Below, piece by piece: positions 61,905 through 64,000 of a DNA stretch of 64,000 nt. Origin of the DNA: Planctomycetota bacterium (GTDB lineage: Bacteria > Planctomycetota > SZUA-567 > H5-PLA8). The notes under the pieces are model-generated. The model was given only the letters and a program-made list of their open reading frames with translations. It ran no database searches and was not told the origin of the DNA. Location of the stretch: contig JBBRQD010000004.1 of the NCBI GenBank assembly GCA_038227045.1, positions 10,677-74,676 on the forward strand. Reading direction: 5' to 3'. The position numbers and the translations under genes were made by a program. Numbering within the stretch: the stretch's first letter is position 1; every line of letters starts with the position of its first letter.

Positions 61905-63542
61905 TTAGGGTTCCTGCAGTCGCGGGTTTGGCTCTTTGATCGTGGCGATGCCGATGATGTGTGTTTCCGGAACGAAAAAGAAGCGGCCGCTGGCTCCGTT
62001 TTTCACCGTTCCCTGCATGTTTCCCGTATACAACAACACACGGGGTGTGGAGTTGTCGGCCGGAATTATGGCCAGGGCAATGCGCTGGTTCTTGAAGATT
62101 CCTTTCAACTCGCAGCGTCCGAAGCGCGGGTCGCCGGTGCGATCGAATTGAGCCTGGCTTACCTTGATGGATAGCGAAGCGCCGCTGACCGCGACTGAAA
62201 TGTTATTGGCGATACGCGTCTTGCCGCTGAACGCGCCGCCGGGTTTAATGATGATGTCCACGTCATCGGCATTGTCCGACGCGCTCACGCGGCCGAAATG
62301 ATTTCTATTATACGTGAACACGATGCGGTCGCCGGGCACTATCTTCGTACCGGAAGGATCTCTGAACATCACCGTCAGCGAATCGGAGTTGTTCAATCCG
62401 TCCCCCGCTTCTTCCGGCGGGATTTCTTTGACGTATTGGACGGTTAGCTTCGGCAGAATCGTGGCTCCCACCACAATGCTGTCTTCCGCCGTGGTTTGCA
62501 GACCCTGGCCGTCGGCCACGGTGCAGCGCATGCGGTAGATTCCGGGGGCTGCGTAAGCGTGGGTGGTGGATCCTGTAATTCCGGCCACCACCGACCCATC
62601 GCCGAATTCATAGCTTTCATTGTCGAATGTCGTCTGGCCCGTTTCCGGGTCGGTGGCGTTGGGTTGCAGAGTGACGATCTGGTTGACGTCGGGAGTGAAG
62701 GAATCGGCGAAAAAACCGTCGGCGACGGGCGGCAGATTGTCGCTGCCAAACGCGCAACGGAAGACCACGCCGTTGCCGGTCGAACCGAGCGGCGGTTGCC
62801 CGCGGACGTCGCGCGGGGTGACCAGCATCAGATAATGTCCCAGGACGACGGGCCGTGTTTTCACTCCAAGCACGGAGGTGATGGTGCTGTTGAACAAACC
62901 CGTGGCCTGCCCGGTGCGCCCAGTCAGCTCCGCTTCGCATTTCGCGAAGCGTTCGGTTGTGGATGTCTGAGTCCAGGTGTAGCGCACGATCTGTCCGGGC
63001 TTGATGAACGTCCCCGGCGAACGCGTCACCGCCGGCACGGTTCGAATCTTCGTGTTGATCGCGCGAATATCGTAGATGAAATTGGAGATGTCGCCGACGA
63101 TGTTGCGAGCCATGGGTTGAAATTGAAAAACTTCGGTGGTGCCGCCTTGATTCGGGAGAACCTGCACGGATTGAATGTCTAAATTGCCGTCGAAACCGAG
63201 CACTTTCAAATGCGTCGGCGAGGACGGAAGAATGTTGATCAGCACGGGCTGCGGATTGGGATCGGGATCGAATCCACGAAAGACTTTATCGGTTTGCTGG
63301 CCTTCGTAAACGACGGCATACTGGTCCCAGGAAAACGGCGTGTCGATATCGGCTGCGCGCGGCTTGACCTGGCGGCTTTGCGGAGTCGGCTCAGCCACGA
63401 TGGCATGATCGGGAAAAGAGGGCGACAGTTCCACGGCGCGCGCAGGGGAATGCGCGGCGAGAGCGAACAAAATCAGCGCGGACGTGAAACAACATTGTGA
63501 GCAATGGGCACGGCAAATCGAGCGAAGCATTGGGCGCATCAT
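61905..63542 (-). CDS. secreted protein containing a PKD domain
   Basis: Signal peptide ...LILFALAAHSPARA. FDNESYEFGDGSVVAGITGSTTHAYAAPGIYRMRCTVADGQG is a PKD-domain signature. The rest is unassigned beta-rich sequence. Confidence 0.7.
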   Translation of the reverse strand: MMRPMLRSICRAHCSQCCFTSALILFALAAHSPARAVELSPSFPDHAIVAEPTPQSRQVKPRAADIDTPFSWDQYAVVYEGQQTDKVFRGFDPDPNPQPVLINILPSSPTHLKVLGFDGNLDIQSVQVLPNQGGTTEVFQFQPMARNIVGDISNFIYDIRAINTKIRTVPAVTRSPGTFIKPGQIVRYTWTQTSTTERFAKCEAELTGRTGQATGLFNSTITSVLGVKTRPVVLGHYLMLVTPRDVRGQPPLGSTGNGVVFRCAFGSDNLPPVADGFFADSFTPDVNQIVTLQPNATDPETGQTTFDNESYEFGDGSVVAGITGSTTHAYAAPGIYRMRCTVADGQGLQTTAEDSIVVGATILPKLTVQYVKEIPPEEAGDGLNNSDSLTVMFRDPSGTKIVPGDRIVFTYNRNHFGRVSASDNADDVDIIIKPGGAFSGKTRIANNISVAVSGASLSIKVSQAQFDRTGDPRFGRCELKGIFKNQRIALAIIPADNSTPRVLLYTGNMQGTVKNGASGRFFFVPETHIIGIATIKEPNPRLQEP

Positions 63543-63664
63543 GTTCTCGGGCGAACGAGTTCGAAAATATCAAAGACGAAGCAGACATTGGTGAACGGCG
63601 ATCCAAGTCGTCTTACTTTCTTTTTGTCAAAACGGCAAAAGCTCAACTAAGACGCCTTAAACGA

Positions 63665-63696
63665 GCGAACCCTTTGGAATTTTCCAAAGGGTTCGC
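63665..63696 (-). terminator. 13-bp perfect hairpin downstream of the edge gene
   Basis: gcgaaccctttgg-aatttt-ccaaagggttcgc, 40 nt after the stop at 63736. The U-tract is weak. Confidence 0.45.
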
Positions 63697-63735
63697 CGAT
63701 ATGGCCTGAATTGTCATGCATCGATCACGTGAATT

Positions 63736-64000
63736 TTATTTCTGGCCGCCCGGCGGTTCGTCCTTGGGGCGCTTGAAGTCACCTTCGGTGTCGTCCGGAA
63801 TTCCGGGCAACGCGATGTAAACCGACGGGTAATTGACGAACGGAGCGTTCGACAGGAACGGCGGAATCACGCGCTGGTGCGTCTCGGAGTCGTAATTTCC
63901 TTTGAAGAGCTGCACGCCGACAATCGTGGCCGTGTAGAGGTAAATGCCGGCAGTGAGAATCAGAATGAAGGTCATGATGGGGTGCGAACTGCGCGCGGTG
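63736..64000 (-). CDS. membrane protein, C-terminal part; reading frame open to the right window edge
   Basis: The frame remains open upstream of the listed ATG 63975 (..TARSSHPIMTFILILTAGIYLYTATIVGV..), so this may be the tail of a larger membrane protein. Function unknown. Confidence 0.4.
   Translation of the reverse strand, partial: TARSSHPIMTFILILTAGIYLYTATIVGVQLFKGNYDSETHQRVIPPFLSNAPFVNYPSVYIALPGIPDDTEGDFKRPKDEPPGGQK

Noticed and set aside
63497-63709. 70-aa + strand ORF between the PKD gene and the edge gene.
   Set aside because: It spans a perfect 13-bp hairpin that serves better as the terminator of the minus-strand edge gene, and it has no motif or RBS.

Overview
This is a high-GC bacterial chromosomal segment with short AT-rich spacers and a few lower-GC gene islands. 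It is most consistent with Planctomycetota or a close PVC-type lineage. Supporting features are a PSCyt/DUF1587-type haem-c protein, a DUF1573 protein, hypothetical proteins with FSLRTLLL-like N-termini, a 1403-aa Ser/Thr kinase and two ECF sigma/anti-sigma pairs. I call about 60 protein genes. Housekeeping genes recognised directly from the translations are lpxC, fabZ, pabB/pabC, eno, thiE, rpmE, prfA, clpC, recQ, gap, rpe, dtd and mdh, plus a XerC/D-type recombinase, an OmpR/His-kinase pair and an ArsR-SRPBCC pair. Between them lie lineage-specific exported and membrane proteins. I found no rRNA, tRNA, CRISPR array, transposase or phage genes. Many long ORFs in the track are antisense shadows of real genes in GC-rich DNA. 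The features not explained by ordinary gene calls are as follows. (1) Four unrelated families of intergenic hairpin or tandem repeats occur without any transposase. One is a ~250-bp hairpin-rich element that separates a response regulator from its histidine kinase. Another is a hairpin whose two arms supply stop codons to converging genes. (2) A run of three exported Ig/PKD-like proteins includes two tandem paralogues. (3) A translationally coupled DUF1573-rhodanese-MauE operon carries Cys-rich motifs in all three products. (4) A GxxExxY nuclease-fold gene is enclosed by ~45-bp inverted repeats. (5) A central-carbon/sugar gene string is interrupted three times by lower-GC inserts. (6) pabB has a sharp internal compositional break. 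None of these is proven to be a new system; all functional interpretations are inference from sequence reading only.
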